NCBI GenBank assembly: GCA_016182105.1
Contig: JACOXZ010000004.1
Location: forward strand, 1 to 37,153
Source: Candidatus Liptonbacteria bacterium
Lineage (GTDB): Bacteria > Patescibacteriota > Minisyncoccia > UBA6257 > 2-01-FULL-56-20
Length of the DNA stretch: 37,153 nt
Direction: 5' to 3'
Below the pieces are notes generated by a model. It was not told where the DNA came from and did no database searches. It was given only the letters and a program-made list of their open reading frames with translations. Shown in pieces: positions 18,463 to 26,536 of this stretch; position 1 is the first letter of the stretch; each line of letters starts with the position of its first letter. Made by a program: the position numbers and the translations under genes.

Positions 18463-20556
18463 TTAAAGCTGCTTTATCGAAAGACCAATCCTGCCGTCTT
18501 CGTCGGCTCTCACGATCTTCGCCTTAACAAAATCTCCGACTTTCAAAACATCGCTCACGTTTTTCACAAAACCGTCCTTGAGCTCCGAGACATGGATCAT
18601 GCCGTCCTTGCCGCCGCCCAAGTCCACTATCGCTCCGAAATCAAGAATCTTAATGACCGTGCCCTCTATAACCTCGCCGACTTTGAAATCTCGAGTAATG
18701 GCTTTGATCTCCTCTACCGCGGAGTCCATTTTATCCCGCTTGCTTCCCGAGACGAAAACCCGACCGTCGTCCTCTACGTCAATGCCAATGAGCTCATATT
18801 TCTTAATCAAACCCTTGATCATCTTCCCGCCCGGTCCGATCACAGCCCCAAGCTTCTCCGGATTCACCCTAAGTTGAGCGATATTCGGCGCATAGACGGA
18901 AATCTCGGGCCGTGGCGAGTGTATAACTGATTCCATAAGTTTCAAGATTTCGAGCCGGGCTTTTTTGGCCTGCTTCAAGGTCTCCTGAAGCATCTCCATG
19001 GTCAAACCTTCAATCTTCACATCCATCTGGATGGCGGTGAGGCCGTCTTTCGTGCCCGCAGCCTTCAAGTCCATATCACCATGATGATCCTCCGGCCCCT
19101 GGATGTCGGTCAATATCTTATATTTGCCGCTCTCCCCAGCCATCATCCCCATAGCAATTCCGGCTGCGAGCTTCGCAAGCGGCACTCCGGCATCGAAGAG
19201 AGAAAGCGAGGAAGCGCAGACAGTGGCCATTGAGGAAGACCCGTTTGAAGAAAGAATTTCGGAGACCACCCTGATCGTATAGGGAAATTGTTCCTGCGAA
19301 GGAATAAGCGAGCGCAGGCCTTTCTCAGCTAAGGCGCCGTGGCCGATCTCTCTCCGACCCGGGCCCCGAAAAGAGCCGATCTCGCCAACTGAGTAAGGCG
19401 GAAAGTTGTAGTGAAGCAGGAAGCGGCGTGTCGCGGTTCTCTCCATGGTCTCGATAAGCTGCTCTGCGCCGGGAGGGGCTAAGGTGGTTACGGCTAAGGC
19501 CTGGGTATTGCCTCGGATGAAAAGCGCTGAGCCGTGCGTCCGCTCAAAAATCCCGACTTCGGCATAAAGTTCCCGAACCTCGTCGAGACGCCTGCCATCC
19601 GGCCTTTTTTCTTTCTCCAAAATATTCTTGTGAACCAGCTCGTCAATGGCTTCTTCAAATAAAAACTCGGCAGCCTTATAGTTAAGGTTTTCAAATTTTG
19701 CTTGGAGATGCTCAAAATAAGATTTTCTAAGATCGGCAAGCTTCTCCTGAAACCCGCTTTTACTTGATTCGTAAACTGCTTCCTCCAAGCGGCTCGCCAA
19801 AAATTTCAAAGCTTCTGCTCTAAGTTCGGCTTCAACCTCGGCTAGGGCTATTTCAGCCTTCGGCTTTCCGACCTCCTGAACAATCGATTCCTGAAAATTA
19901 ATGAGTTTATCGATCTCTTCGGCGGCATAAGTCCATGCCTTGAGCACATCTTCTTCGGAGGCTTCTTTGCCAGCAAGCTCGATCATATTGATCTTGCCAT
20001 CTCTCCCTGCCGCAAAGGTTTCGAAAACAAAATCCGGTTTGGCTAAGTCAGAATTATTCGGATTAACTAAAAATTCTTTCCCTACTTTGGCAATTCTTAC
20101 CCCGCTAATTGGCCCGTTCCAGGGCACGTCAGAAATCCCGAGGGCGGTTGAGGCGGCAATAAGTCCTACAAAATCCGGCTCGTTCTCTTCGTCAAATGCA
20201 AGCACTGTGACCACCACCTGAATCTCACGCCTCACCCGCTGGTCGAAGAGCGGCCTAATCGCTCGATCAACTAAGCGGCCTGCCAAAATCGCCTCTTCTG
20301 ACGGCCGGCCTTCACGACGGATGAAACGGCTGCCGATGATCTTCCCAGCCGCATAAAATTTCTCCTCGTAGTCAACCTTAAGCGGAAGATAATCAACGCC
20401 CTCGTCTCGCTTGGACATAACCACAGTCACAAGCACTGCCGTTTCTCCATATTTGGCTAGGACTGCGGAATTGGCCTGCCCTGCGAGAGGTGAGATTTCT
20501 AAAGTCAGGGTTTTACCGTTAACCTCAGCAGAAAATTGCTTCTTTTCGAGTTTCAT
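18463..20556 (-). CDS. pnp: Polyribonucleotide nucleotidyltransferase (PNPase): two RNase PH domains plus KH and S1 domains.
   Basis: 697 aa with RNase PH-like motifs, and a C-terminal KH followed by an S1 domain (GEVIEGTVIKILDFGAIVDLGGGKDGMIHVSEL). Confidence 0.92.
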   Translation of the reverse strand: MKLEKKQFSAEVNGKTLTLEISPLAGQANSAVLAKYGETAVLVTVVMSKRDEGVDYLPLKVDYEEKFYAAGKIIGSRFIRREGRPSEEAILAGRLVDRAIRPLFDQRVRREIQVVVTVLAFDEENEPDFVGLIAASTALGISDVPWNGPISGVRIAKVGKEFLVNPNNSDLAKPDFVFETFAAGRDGKINMIELAGKEASEEDVLKAWTYAAEEIDKLINFQESIVQEVGKPKAEIALAEVEAELRAEALKFLASRLEEAVYESSKSGFQEKLADLRKSYFEHLQAKFENLNYKAAEFLFEEAIDELVHKNILEKEKRPDGRRLDEVRELYAEVGIFERTHGSALFIRGNTQALAVTTLAPPGAEQLIETMERTATRRFLLHYNFPPYSVGEIGSFRGPGRREIGHGALAEKGLRSLIPSQEQFPYTIRVVSEILSSNGSSSMATVCASSLSLFDAGVPLAKLAAGIAMGMMAGESGKYKILTDIQGPEDHHGDMDLKAAGTKDGLTAIQMDVKIEGLTMEMLQETLKQAKKARLEILKLMESVIHSPRPEISVYAPNIAQLRVNPEKLGAVIGPGGKMIKGLIKKYELIGIDVEDDGRVFVSGSKRDKMDSAVEEIKAITRDFKVGEVIEGTVIKILDFGAIVDLGGGKDGMIHVSELKDGFVKNVSDVLKVGDFVKAKIVRADEDGRIGLSIKQL

Positions 20557-20600
20557 ACATTCGTGGTATTCGCATAAATTCGTAGATTGGCATTATTTTT
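20557..20600 (-). promoter_or_regulatory. Conserved leader motif directly upstream of the pnp ATG. On the plus strand it reads ATTCGTGGTATTCGCATAAATTCGTAGATTGGCATTAT: three ATTCG direct repeats plus ATTGGCAT.
   Basis: It is about 90% identical to 28381-28427 upstream of the solute-binding protein gene. The same words also occur upstream of glyA at 36677-36770. Confidence 0.5.
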
Positions 20601-21177
20601 TAATAATAATTCGGGGAATTTCCTCAATATTCACAAACCGGTCAGCCGCTTCCTGAATCTTCGCGGAGGCGCTTCTCCTGAAAGCCGCGACTTCCACAAA
20701 TCGGCCCATACCCCATTTTAAATAATCAATAAGCGGCATAAAGTCGCCGTCGCCTGTCACAAGAACCACCACGTCTAAAAATGAAGCCATCCGAATCGCG
20801 TCAACTGCCATGCCGACATCCCAATCAGCTTTCCTAAGACCATCAGGATAAATCTGGAGCTCTTTGGACCTAAGCTCCAGGCCTGATTTTTCCAGAGCTT
20901 CGAAAAAAGAAGTTTCCCCTGCCGCGGTTTCACTACTTACCACGTAGGCTACTGCCCGGATAAGTTGCCGACTACCAACAAGGTACTTTATGAGCTCGCG
21001 ATAATTTACGCGGCCGTGGTATAAGTTCTTCGCTGAATGGTAAAGATTTTGAACGTCAACAAAAATCCCTACCCGCTGATTCTCATAACTGCTGTCTGAC
21101 CGGTTAATTAACATGCCAATTTTGTTCGAGCGAAGCGAGAAGACCCGCCTGCCGGACGGGCAGGCAAAATTGAGCAC
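20593..21177 (-). CDS. NYN-domain (LabA/DUF88-like) protein, a predicted RNA nuclease, inserted between rpsO and pnp.
   Basis: VGIFVDVQNLYHSAKNLY... and a C-terminal LVTGDGDFMPLIDYL fit the NYN/LabA-like fold. Confidence 0.55.
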   Translation of the reverse strand: MLNFACPSGRRVFSLRSNKIGMLINRSDSSYENQRVGIFVDVQNLYHSAKNLYHGRVNYRELIKYLVGSRQLIRAVAYVVSSETAAGETSFFEALEKSGLELRSKELQIYPDGLRKADWDVGMAVDAIRMASFLDVVVLVTGDGDFMPLIDYLKWGMGRFVEVAAFRRSASAKIQEAADRFVNIEEIPRIIIKK

Positions 21178-21379
21178 CCCGCCCTAATTTTGCTGTCTGA
21201 TTCAGGGCGCGGCGCGAGGGCGAATAGCCCTGCCCTATTCGGGCAAGCGCCGCATGTTGATGTCTTGTTAAAATTTTTGGTCATGTATTTTCTTATTATC
21301 TCTAGCAAAATTAGAGCGGGGTAAAGGTTTGGTGATGAAAAATTCTACGCCTACTGCTTGAATTTTTTAACCAAAGCCT
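21178..21379 (-). promoter_or_regulatory. Structured rpsO to NYN/pnp intergenic region. A 17-nt inverted repeat CCCCGC(C/T)CTAATTTTGC encloses about 105 nt of GC-rich hairpins (CAGGGC...GCCCTG, GGGCGAATAGCCC, GCCCTATTCGGGC). This is a possible processing or regulatory hairpin cluster.
   Basis: Inverted repeats seen directly. It is placed where E. coli carries the RNase III-processed pnp leader hairpin, which is established knowledge. Its function here is inferred. Confidence 0.35.
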
Positions 21380-21646
21380 TTACTTCTTAAGTTCCAGTTT
21401 TTTAATCAACTTGGCATAGGTCTGCGGCTTTTTTTTGCTTAAATAGGCAAGAAGCTTTCGGCGGTGGCTCACCATATTAAGGAGCCCTCGACGAGAGTGG
21501 TGATCTTTAGGATTCTTTTTGAGGTGGTTAGCAAGTTCATCCATTTGTCTTGTAATCATCCCAATCTGAACCTCGGCCGAGCCCGTGTCTTTCTCGTGGC
21601 GACGGTGCTCGGCAATGACCCTCACCTTAACCCGTTTCGTGAGCAT
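21380..21646 (-). CDS. rpsO: 30S ribosomal protein S15.
   Basis: 88 aa and collinear with S15 (…HHSRRGLLNMVSHRRKLLAYL…). It shows the classical rpsO-pnp synteny. Confidence 0.9.
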   Translation of the reverse strand: MLTKRVKVRVIAEHRRHEKDTGSAEVQIGMITRQMDELANHLKKNPKDHHSRRGLLNMVSHRRKLLAYLSKKKPQTYAKLIKKLELKK

Positions 21647-21743
21647 TGAATAATTTTAATTTAAATGAATGAAAAATGCAACCAGGTAGTAGAAGTTCTA
21701 TTAAGCGTTGCTATCTTTCTAAGGTGCGGGGTAAAATATATAG

Positions 21744-22614
21744 GTGATGGGACTAGAAAATCTTCTAAAAGATTATCTGAATTACCTGGAGATTGAAAAG
21801 AATAGAACGCTCGAGACCCGCGAAAATTACGAGCATTATTTGAATACCTTTTTGGCCTCGGCCAAAGTCCGCGACCCAGAAGAGATTACTGATAGAATCG
21901 TGCGCAATTTCCGGTTGACTTTGGCTCGGAAAAACATCAAAAAAATCACCCAGAATTATTACGTGATTGCCTTACGGAATTTCTTAAAATATCTAGTGAA
22001 GCGCGATATAAAAACCCTTTCGCCTGACAAAGTAGAGCTTCCTAAGGTAAGCCGGGCTGAAATTGAAACCTTGGAATATGAAGATTTGGAGCGCTTGCTT
22101 AAAGCTCCCAAAGGCCGCGACCCACGTAGTCTCCGCGACCGCGCGATTCTAGAAACACTTTTTTCAACCGGGCTCCGGCTTTCGGAACTTTGCGCCTTGA
22201 ACCGCTACTTGGATTTGAAACGGGGCGAAATTTCGGTTCGCGGCAAGGGCGGCAAGCTCCGGCTGGTTTTCATCTCGGACCGGGCCAAAGGAGCCATTAA
22301 AGAATATCTTCAAGGAAGGACTTGTGAGCCTAACTAAAAAAGGACGAGCCACCCACAGGATCACGCCCAGAGCCGTGGAACGTCTAGTTAATCATTGGGC
22401 CAAAGCCGCTGGCATCCCCAAAAAAGTCCACCCTCACCTCATCCGCCACCAATTCGCCACAGACCTTTTAATAAACGGCGCTGACCTCCGTTCGGTCCAA
22501 ATTCTCCTCGGCCACTCGAATATCTCGACCACCCAAATCTATACGCATTTAACCAACAAAGAACTCCGCGAGGTTCACAAAGCTTTTCACGGGAGAAGAC
22601 GAAAAGAAAAGTGA
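21744..22614 (+). pseudogene. xerC: XerC/XerD-like tyrosine recombinase split by a +1 frameshift near 22318-22326. Parts: 21744..22337 (N-terminal SAM-like plus start of catalytic domain) and 22324..22614 (catalytic C-terminus with HxxR and the Tyr nucleophile).
   Basis: The N-terminal LLKDYLNYLEIEKNRTLETRENYEHYLNTF resembles the XerC N-terminus. C-terminal motifs are [26 protein letters not shown]. The two frames join as ...EYLQGR / [10 protein letters not shown]... with one extra nucleotide. Confidence 0.65.
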
Positions 22615-23477
22615 CGGGAAAAATGCGGCTTAGAAAAAGAATCATGACTATATTGGCACTAGCCGCGCTTTACCTTATCCTCACCTCCTTATGGGGGTTC
22701 TACAGTGCCATTAAACCACATAGAATTCTTTCAAAAATCACGCCGCAAAATTTTGGTCTTGAATACGAAACGGTTGTGTTTCAAACCAAAGATAATTTGA
22801 AACTGCACGGCTGGTGGGTACCGAACAAAACAAGTGGTGCAAAAACAATCATTATCCTGCACGGTTATCCGGCGGACAAAGGCAATGTTCTTCCGGCTCT
22901 ATTATTTTTGGCCCCAAAGTACAACCTTTTTTTGTTCGACTTCCGCTATCTTGGCCAAAGCGATGGCACTTATTCAACTGCCGGCGCAAAAGAAATTGAT
23001 GATCTGCTCTCTGCGATCGAGTATCTGAAAACGCGGGATATTAACGAAGTTGGCGTCTGGGGTTTTTCAATGGGCGGCGCCGTGGCTCTGGTGACCGCGA
23101 GAGAAGCGCCGGAGATAAAAGCAATTGTTTCCGAGGCGGCCTATGCCCGGCTCAAACTCATGGCTTATGAGCTCTATCGACTCCCGCTCCTGAAATACCC
23201 CTTGGGCTGGCTCACTGGAATTTGGGCCAAAGCGTTTTTGGGTATTGACCTCACAAAGATTGCCCCAGTTGAGTCGGCGAAAGAGATCATTCTTCCGGTT
23301 TTACTGATTCACTCCACTAACGATGAAGTGATTCCGTTTTCCCACGCTTTGCTCATCAAAGACGCCCTAAAAGACAACAAGAAGGCCGAATTCTGGTTCA
23401 GGGAAAATCTGGTTCACGGCGAGCTCGGTCAAGAGTACGAAAAACGCATCGAGGATTTTTTCGCAAGAAACCTATAA
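22611..23477 (+). CDS. Membrane-anchored alpha/beta-fold hydrolase (GxSxG serine hydrolase).
   Basis: N-terminal TM, then HGYPADKGN and the nucleophile elbow GFSMGG, plus acid and His residues (…[10 protein letters not shown]…). Confidence 0.55.
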   Translation: MTGKMRLRKRIMTILALAALYLILTSLWGFYSAIKPHRILSKITPQNFGLEYETVVFQTKDNLKLHGWWVPNKTSGAKTIIILHGYPADKGNVLPALLFLAPKYNLFLFDFRYLGQSDGTYSTAGAKEIDDLLSAIEYLKTRDINEVGVWGFSMGGAVALVTAREAPEIKAIVSEAAYARLKLMAYELYRLPLLKYPLGWLTGIWAKAFLGIDLTKIAPVESAKEIILPVLLIHSTNDEVIPFSHALLIKDALKDNKKAEFWFRENLVHGELGQEYEKRIEDFFARNL

Positions 23478-23486
23478 GCGTCGAGT

Positions 23487-23620
23487 GTGGGCAGGGAGGA
23501 TTTTCACTGCTCGGTCGCCGTCGGCGACCTCCGCTCTAAGAACCCTCGGTTCTTAGTATTCTCCGAGACGGGAGGACGTTATCTCCTCCCGACCCCTCCT
23601 TTTGTTCAAATCCTCCTATG
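23487..23620. repeat. Three-hairpin element, copy A. Hairpin 0 is GGTCGCC-GTC-GGCGACC, hairpin 1 is CTAAGAACC-CTC-GGTTCTTAG and hairpin 2 is CGGGAGGA-CGTTATC-TCCTCCCG. An inverted T-arm copy GTTCAAATCCTCC follows. A degenerate direct repeat of the tRNA 3' end (GGCAGGGAGGATTTTCAC) lies at the left.
   Basis: It is homologous to 33047-33160 (copy B), with compensatory changes in all three stems. Confidence 0.55.
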
Positions 23621-23675
23621 TGCCCCCGGGAGGATTTGAACCTCCACGCCTTTCGGCATACGGTCCTAAACCGTA
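23621..23675 (-). pseudogene. 3' fragment of a tRNA-Leu(UAG)-like gene: anticodon arm TACGG-TTTAGGA-CCGTA, long variable hairpin GCCGAAAGGC, T-arm GGAGGTTCAAATCCTCC and 3' acceptor strand CGGGGGCA. No matching 5' acceptor or D-arm is present.
   Basis: Hand folding of the reverse complement of 23621-23700. The 5' 25 nt neither pair with the 3' acceptor nor form a D-arm. Confidence 0.4.
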
Positions 23676-23729
23676 TGTGTCTTTGAAAACTGAAAACCGC
23701 AGTCAAACTAAGATAAAAAGGAGGATCAC

Positions 23730-24860
23730 ATGGAAGAGTTCATGTTAGGACTGTACGTCAGCGTAGGCATTGCGGTAGGCATTGCGAGCGTTGCCGCTCT
23801 ACTCTACTCTGTTATTTTGCTTATCAACTTCCTGGCAAAACGCAACTTATTTTTTACTATTGTCCAGGAAGGGAAGGCGAAGGCAGTCAAAAAGTGGGGG
23901 GAGTTTCACAAACTTATCATTGTCTACAAAGACCATGCCTTCGATCAAGACTGGAATGTCCGCCATGCTAGCCTAGCTGATGAAGAAGCAGAGGATTTTT
24001 GGGACGACAAAACACAAGGATTCGTTAAGAAACAAGTGGAGCTGCAGATCCAAAAACCACTCTTTGGCGGACTACTGGGAAAGATAATCGGAAAGGTGTT
24101 TTGGATAGGCATTCCGCCTATCTACACAATCCATGAATATACTTTCCGATGGCTAGGACTCCGGCAAAGAGCTCGCAAAGAACTAGGCAGAGAGGGTGAG
24201 CTAGTAGAACAAGTTGTAGATCGAGAAGAACAACTGGACTTCATCTTGCTCCAGGACGATACATACTTTACCTTCATCAAGAGGGCTGAAACTAGAGGCA
24301 AGGGGATGTTGGTTCCTATAGATGTTGAGGTAATTCTCACTATTAGGATCGTGAACCCCTACAAAGCCCTATTCAGGGTGCAGGACTGGCTTGAAGTAAC
24401 ACTAAATCAGTTAATCCCGGTTGTCCGAGGATTCGTGAGTAGCCGCGAGTATGAAACAGTGATTAGCGGCCTTGAAGAGGGAAAACCGAAACCCGAAAGA
24501 GACGAATCAATGGAGCCCGAGGCGAGAAAGAAAGACCCCCTCCTCGCAGGCATTGCCCACTATGTTTTAACTCGCTATGGTGTCCTAATCAAAAAGGTGG
24601 GCATTGGTAGCGTGACTCCGCCTGAAGAGGTAGCAACCGCCGGAATCAAAAAATGGGGGGCTGAACGGGAGAAGGAAAGAATCCAGGCTGTTTATCAAAC
24701 AATCGCGGATTTTGGAGACACTGGTTTACTCGTTCGAACGCTGGAAGCAGTAGAAAGTGCGGGAAATAAGCAAGGTAACTGGGTCATTCCCTTGGGCTTA
24801 TCGCCCCAGAGCATACTCGAATCAATCAGGGGCAGAAAAAAGGAGGAGGTAGAAAAATGA
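23730..24860 (+). CDS. SPFH/band-7 (stomatin/prohibitin/HflK-C-like) domain membrane protein. A strong GGAGG Shine-Dalgarno lies 8 nt upstream.
   Basis: N-terminal TM, then FTIVQEGKAKAVKKWGEFHK… and …VPIDVEVILTIRIVNPYKALFRVQDWLEVTLNQLIPVVRGFVSS…, which resemble the SPFH core. The C-terminal charged region is coiled-coil-like. Confidence 0.5.
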   Translation: MEEFMLGLYVSVGIAVGIASVAALLYSVILLINFLAKRNLFFTIVQEGKAKAVKKWGEFHKLIIVYKDHAFDQDWNVRHASLADEEAEDFWDDKTQGFVKKQVELQIQKPLFGGLLGKIIGKVFWIGIPPIYTIHEYTFRWLGLRQRARKELGREGELVEQVVDREEQLDFILLQDDTYFTFIKRAETRGKGMLVPIDVEVILTIRIVNPYKALFRVQDWLEVTLNQLIPVVRGFVSSREYETVISGLEEGKPKPERDESMEPEARKKDPLLAGIAHYVLTRYGVLIKKVGIGSVTPPEEVATAGIKKWGAEREKERIQAVYQTIADFGDTGLLVRTLEAVESAGNKQGNWVIPLGLSPQSILESIRGRKKEEVEK

Positions 24861-25642
24861 AAAAGACATTTCTGCCTTTCCTCTTTGTAGCCATGGGGAC
24901 GATGGCTGTAATGGTTGTGGTTATGCAGGGAGCCCCAGGAGTACTTCATCAGGGTTTACGGCCTGTCTTGCTCACTATTGCCGGAGTAGCAACCGGTATC
25001 CTGTCTGTCCTACTCCTCCTCGGCCTATTGGTAACAATATTAAACCGTCGCCGAGGAACTCTAAAAGAAAGACAGGCCAAAGAGGCAACTGGACCGTATG
25101 CGAGAGACAAGGATACGGGCATTAGTACCTCTAAAAAATGGGGGCTCGGCTGGCTCTTGACGATCTTGGTGCTAGCTGCGTTCGGCTTAGTGGTATGGAA
25201 AGTTATCTTGCCTATCGCAACCGCTGAGGTTAAGCCGGATTTCACCTTGACTTCTCCGCCGGATAGCGACTACATCAAACTGCCGATGAAGAGCGTGATA
25301 ACGGTGGTGGTGATGCCTTATCTTGACACGACAGCGGTAAGCGACACCGCCGACTACTACTTTGACCCGTACGCTGAAGCAGAGTACGGAGACGAGGAAG
25401 ATAACACCTGGACGGCCTGGTTATCTATACCGTGGGGGGTAAGGGAAATATGTGTGGAACCCCACGAAGAAATCGAGGTGCAGGACAGATTCGCTAATGG
25501 AAGAGTTGGCGAACCATTCTTCGATAACCCGACTCTTCGGTTAACGGTTGACGATCTCCAAAGAGCAGACGACGACCTAACGGGGGTGAGATTTAGAAAC
25601 CTTACGGAAAAACCGATCGAGGTCACAATCCACCTTCGTTAG
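24857..25642 (+). CDS. Hypothetical membrane protein (two TM segments, acidic C-terminal domain), translationally coupled to the SPFH gene by an ATGA overlap.
   Basis: ORF plus hydrophobic segments; no recognised domain. Confidence 0.4.
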   Translation: MKKTFLPFLFVAMGTMAVMVVVMQGAPGVLHQGLRPVLLTIAGVATGILSVLLLLGLLVTILNRRRGTLKERQAKEATGPYARDKDTGISTSKKWGLGWLLTILVLAAFGLVVWKVILPIATAEVKPDFTLTSPPDSDYIKLPMKSVITVVVMPYLDTTAVSDTADYYFDPYAEAEYGDEEDNTWTAWLSIPWGVREICVEPHEEIEVQDRFANGRVGEPFFDNPTLRLTVDDLQRADDDLTGVRFRNLTEKPIEVTIHLR

Positions 25643-25664
25643 TGCTTCGTTAGTGATTAACCAA

Positions 25665-25699
25665 AAGCCCCCGAGGAAACTCGAGGGCTTTTTATTTTT
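25665..25699. terminator. Bidirectional intrinsic terminator AAGCCCCCGAG-GAAA-CTCGAGGGCTT followed by TTTTATTTTT. It sits between the convergent genes 24857..25642 (+) and 25714..26112 (-).
   Basis: Canonical GC-rich stem with a GAAA loop and a T-run, seen directly. Confidence 0.7.
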
Positions 25700-25713
25700 A
25701 TGAGTACTAACGC

Positions 25714-26112
25714 CTAGCAACCCGCAAATGCTGATGGTCCACCCGTAAAGAATGACGAAAGAATAAGCGGAACGCCTTTCGCAAAAAGGGCAACGGCGAC
25801 GGCGATTGCTGCGTAAACTAATGTATGACTAGCAGATTTTACCTTTTCAGGATCACCTGCAGCTGTAAGGTACTTAAAGGCGGCGATCAGCACAAAAATG
25901 ACAGAAAGAACAATCAGAAGGGTAAAAAGCCAGCCGATTACGGAACATAAAACAGAGATTGCGCCTGTCAGGGTTGTGGGAACCGGCACGCTGGGGCCTT
26001 GAGCTAAAGCCAAGAGTGGTAGACCAATATTTGCTACCACCACCAAAGCAGTTATCTTCGAAAAATTCCTTTTCATATATTCAAGTTTTATTCGACCTTT
26101 CCCTAAATTCAC
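25714..26112 (-). CDS. TrbC/VirB2-like small membrane protein (pilin-like): signal peptide, two hydrophobic segments, and an AAGDPEKV motif between them.
   Basis: It is paralogous to the next two ORFs; the motifs are AAGDPEKV, SAGNPEKV and SAGSPEKI. The topology is typical of T4SS pilin-like proteins in small-genome bacteria. Confidence 0.45.
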   Translation of the reverse strand: MNLGKGRIKLEYMKRNFSKITALVVVANIGLPLLALAQGPSVPVPTTLTGAISVLCSVIGWLFTLLIVLSVIFVLIAAFKYLTAAGDPEKVKSASHTLVYAAIAVAVALFAKGVPLILSSFFTGGPSAFAGC

Positions 26113-26151
26113 TTTAGTATAGCATATGGGAAAAGCAAGTCCTGGGGATTT

Positions 26152-26517
26152 TTACGGAATTTGAAAGAAATTCTTAATAATAGCGGTTATCCCTAGGCCT
26201 AGAATGATGACAAGAAATCCGCCTACCGCCCAGAAAAGAGTCTTCTTGCCAGTTTGGACTTTCTCGGGATTCCCGGCTGAAGTCAAAAGCTGGAAAGCGC
26301 CTATTAAAACCATAATTGAGACAATGGGGATAGCGACATAGAAAAGGGCTTCCGCAATTTTGGTGGCCACGCAGCCTAAATTGGCATTCACGCCACTGCA
26401 GTTGCTGATTGGATTTACAAGGTTGATGGAGATTTGGTGACCGCTAACATGAGTAGCTAAGGCCCTCTCAAAAAGACCGCTCCAGCTTAATATTTTTTCC
26501 AGAATCCAGCTAATCAT
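26152..26517 (-). CDS. TrbC/VirB2-like small membrane protein, paralog 2.
   Basis: LLTSAGNPEKVQTGKK motif between two TM segments. Confidence 0.45.
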   Translation of the reverse strand: MISWILEKILSWSGLFERALATHVSGHQISINLVNPISNCSGVNANLGCVATKIAEALFYVAIPIVSIMVLIGAFQLLTSAGNPEKVQTGKKTLFWAVGGFLVIILGLGITAIIKNFFQIP

Positions 26518-26536
26518 TAATTTGAATTATATCATT

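Noticed and set aside
20557-20600. Sigma-54 (-24 / -12) promoter reading of TTGGCAT…
   Set aside because: There is no GC element at the -12 spacing. The motif lies on the strand opposite to the downstream genes in that register. Spacing to a TATAAT-like hexamer is also wrong for a sigma70 -35 assignment.
21108-21308. 66-aa minus-strand ORF in the rpsO to NYN leader.
   Set aside because: It overlaps the start of the NYN gene and the hairpin cluster. Its Ala/Arg/Pro-rich translation comes from GC-rich hairpins.
23621-23700. A complete tRNA-Leu gene.
   Set aside because: Only the anticodon, variable and T arms and the 3' acceptor strand fold. The 25 nt at the 5' side neither pair with the 3' acceptor (GCGGTTT versus CGGGGGC) nor form a D-arm. 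It is called a 3' fragment instead.
23885-25145. Recurring AAAAA(A/G)TGGGGG words encoding KKWG three times across the SPFH and adjacent genes.
   Set aside because: The words are short and probably coincidental. There is no flanking similarity beyond 11-12 nt.
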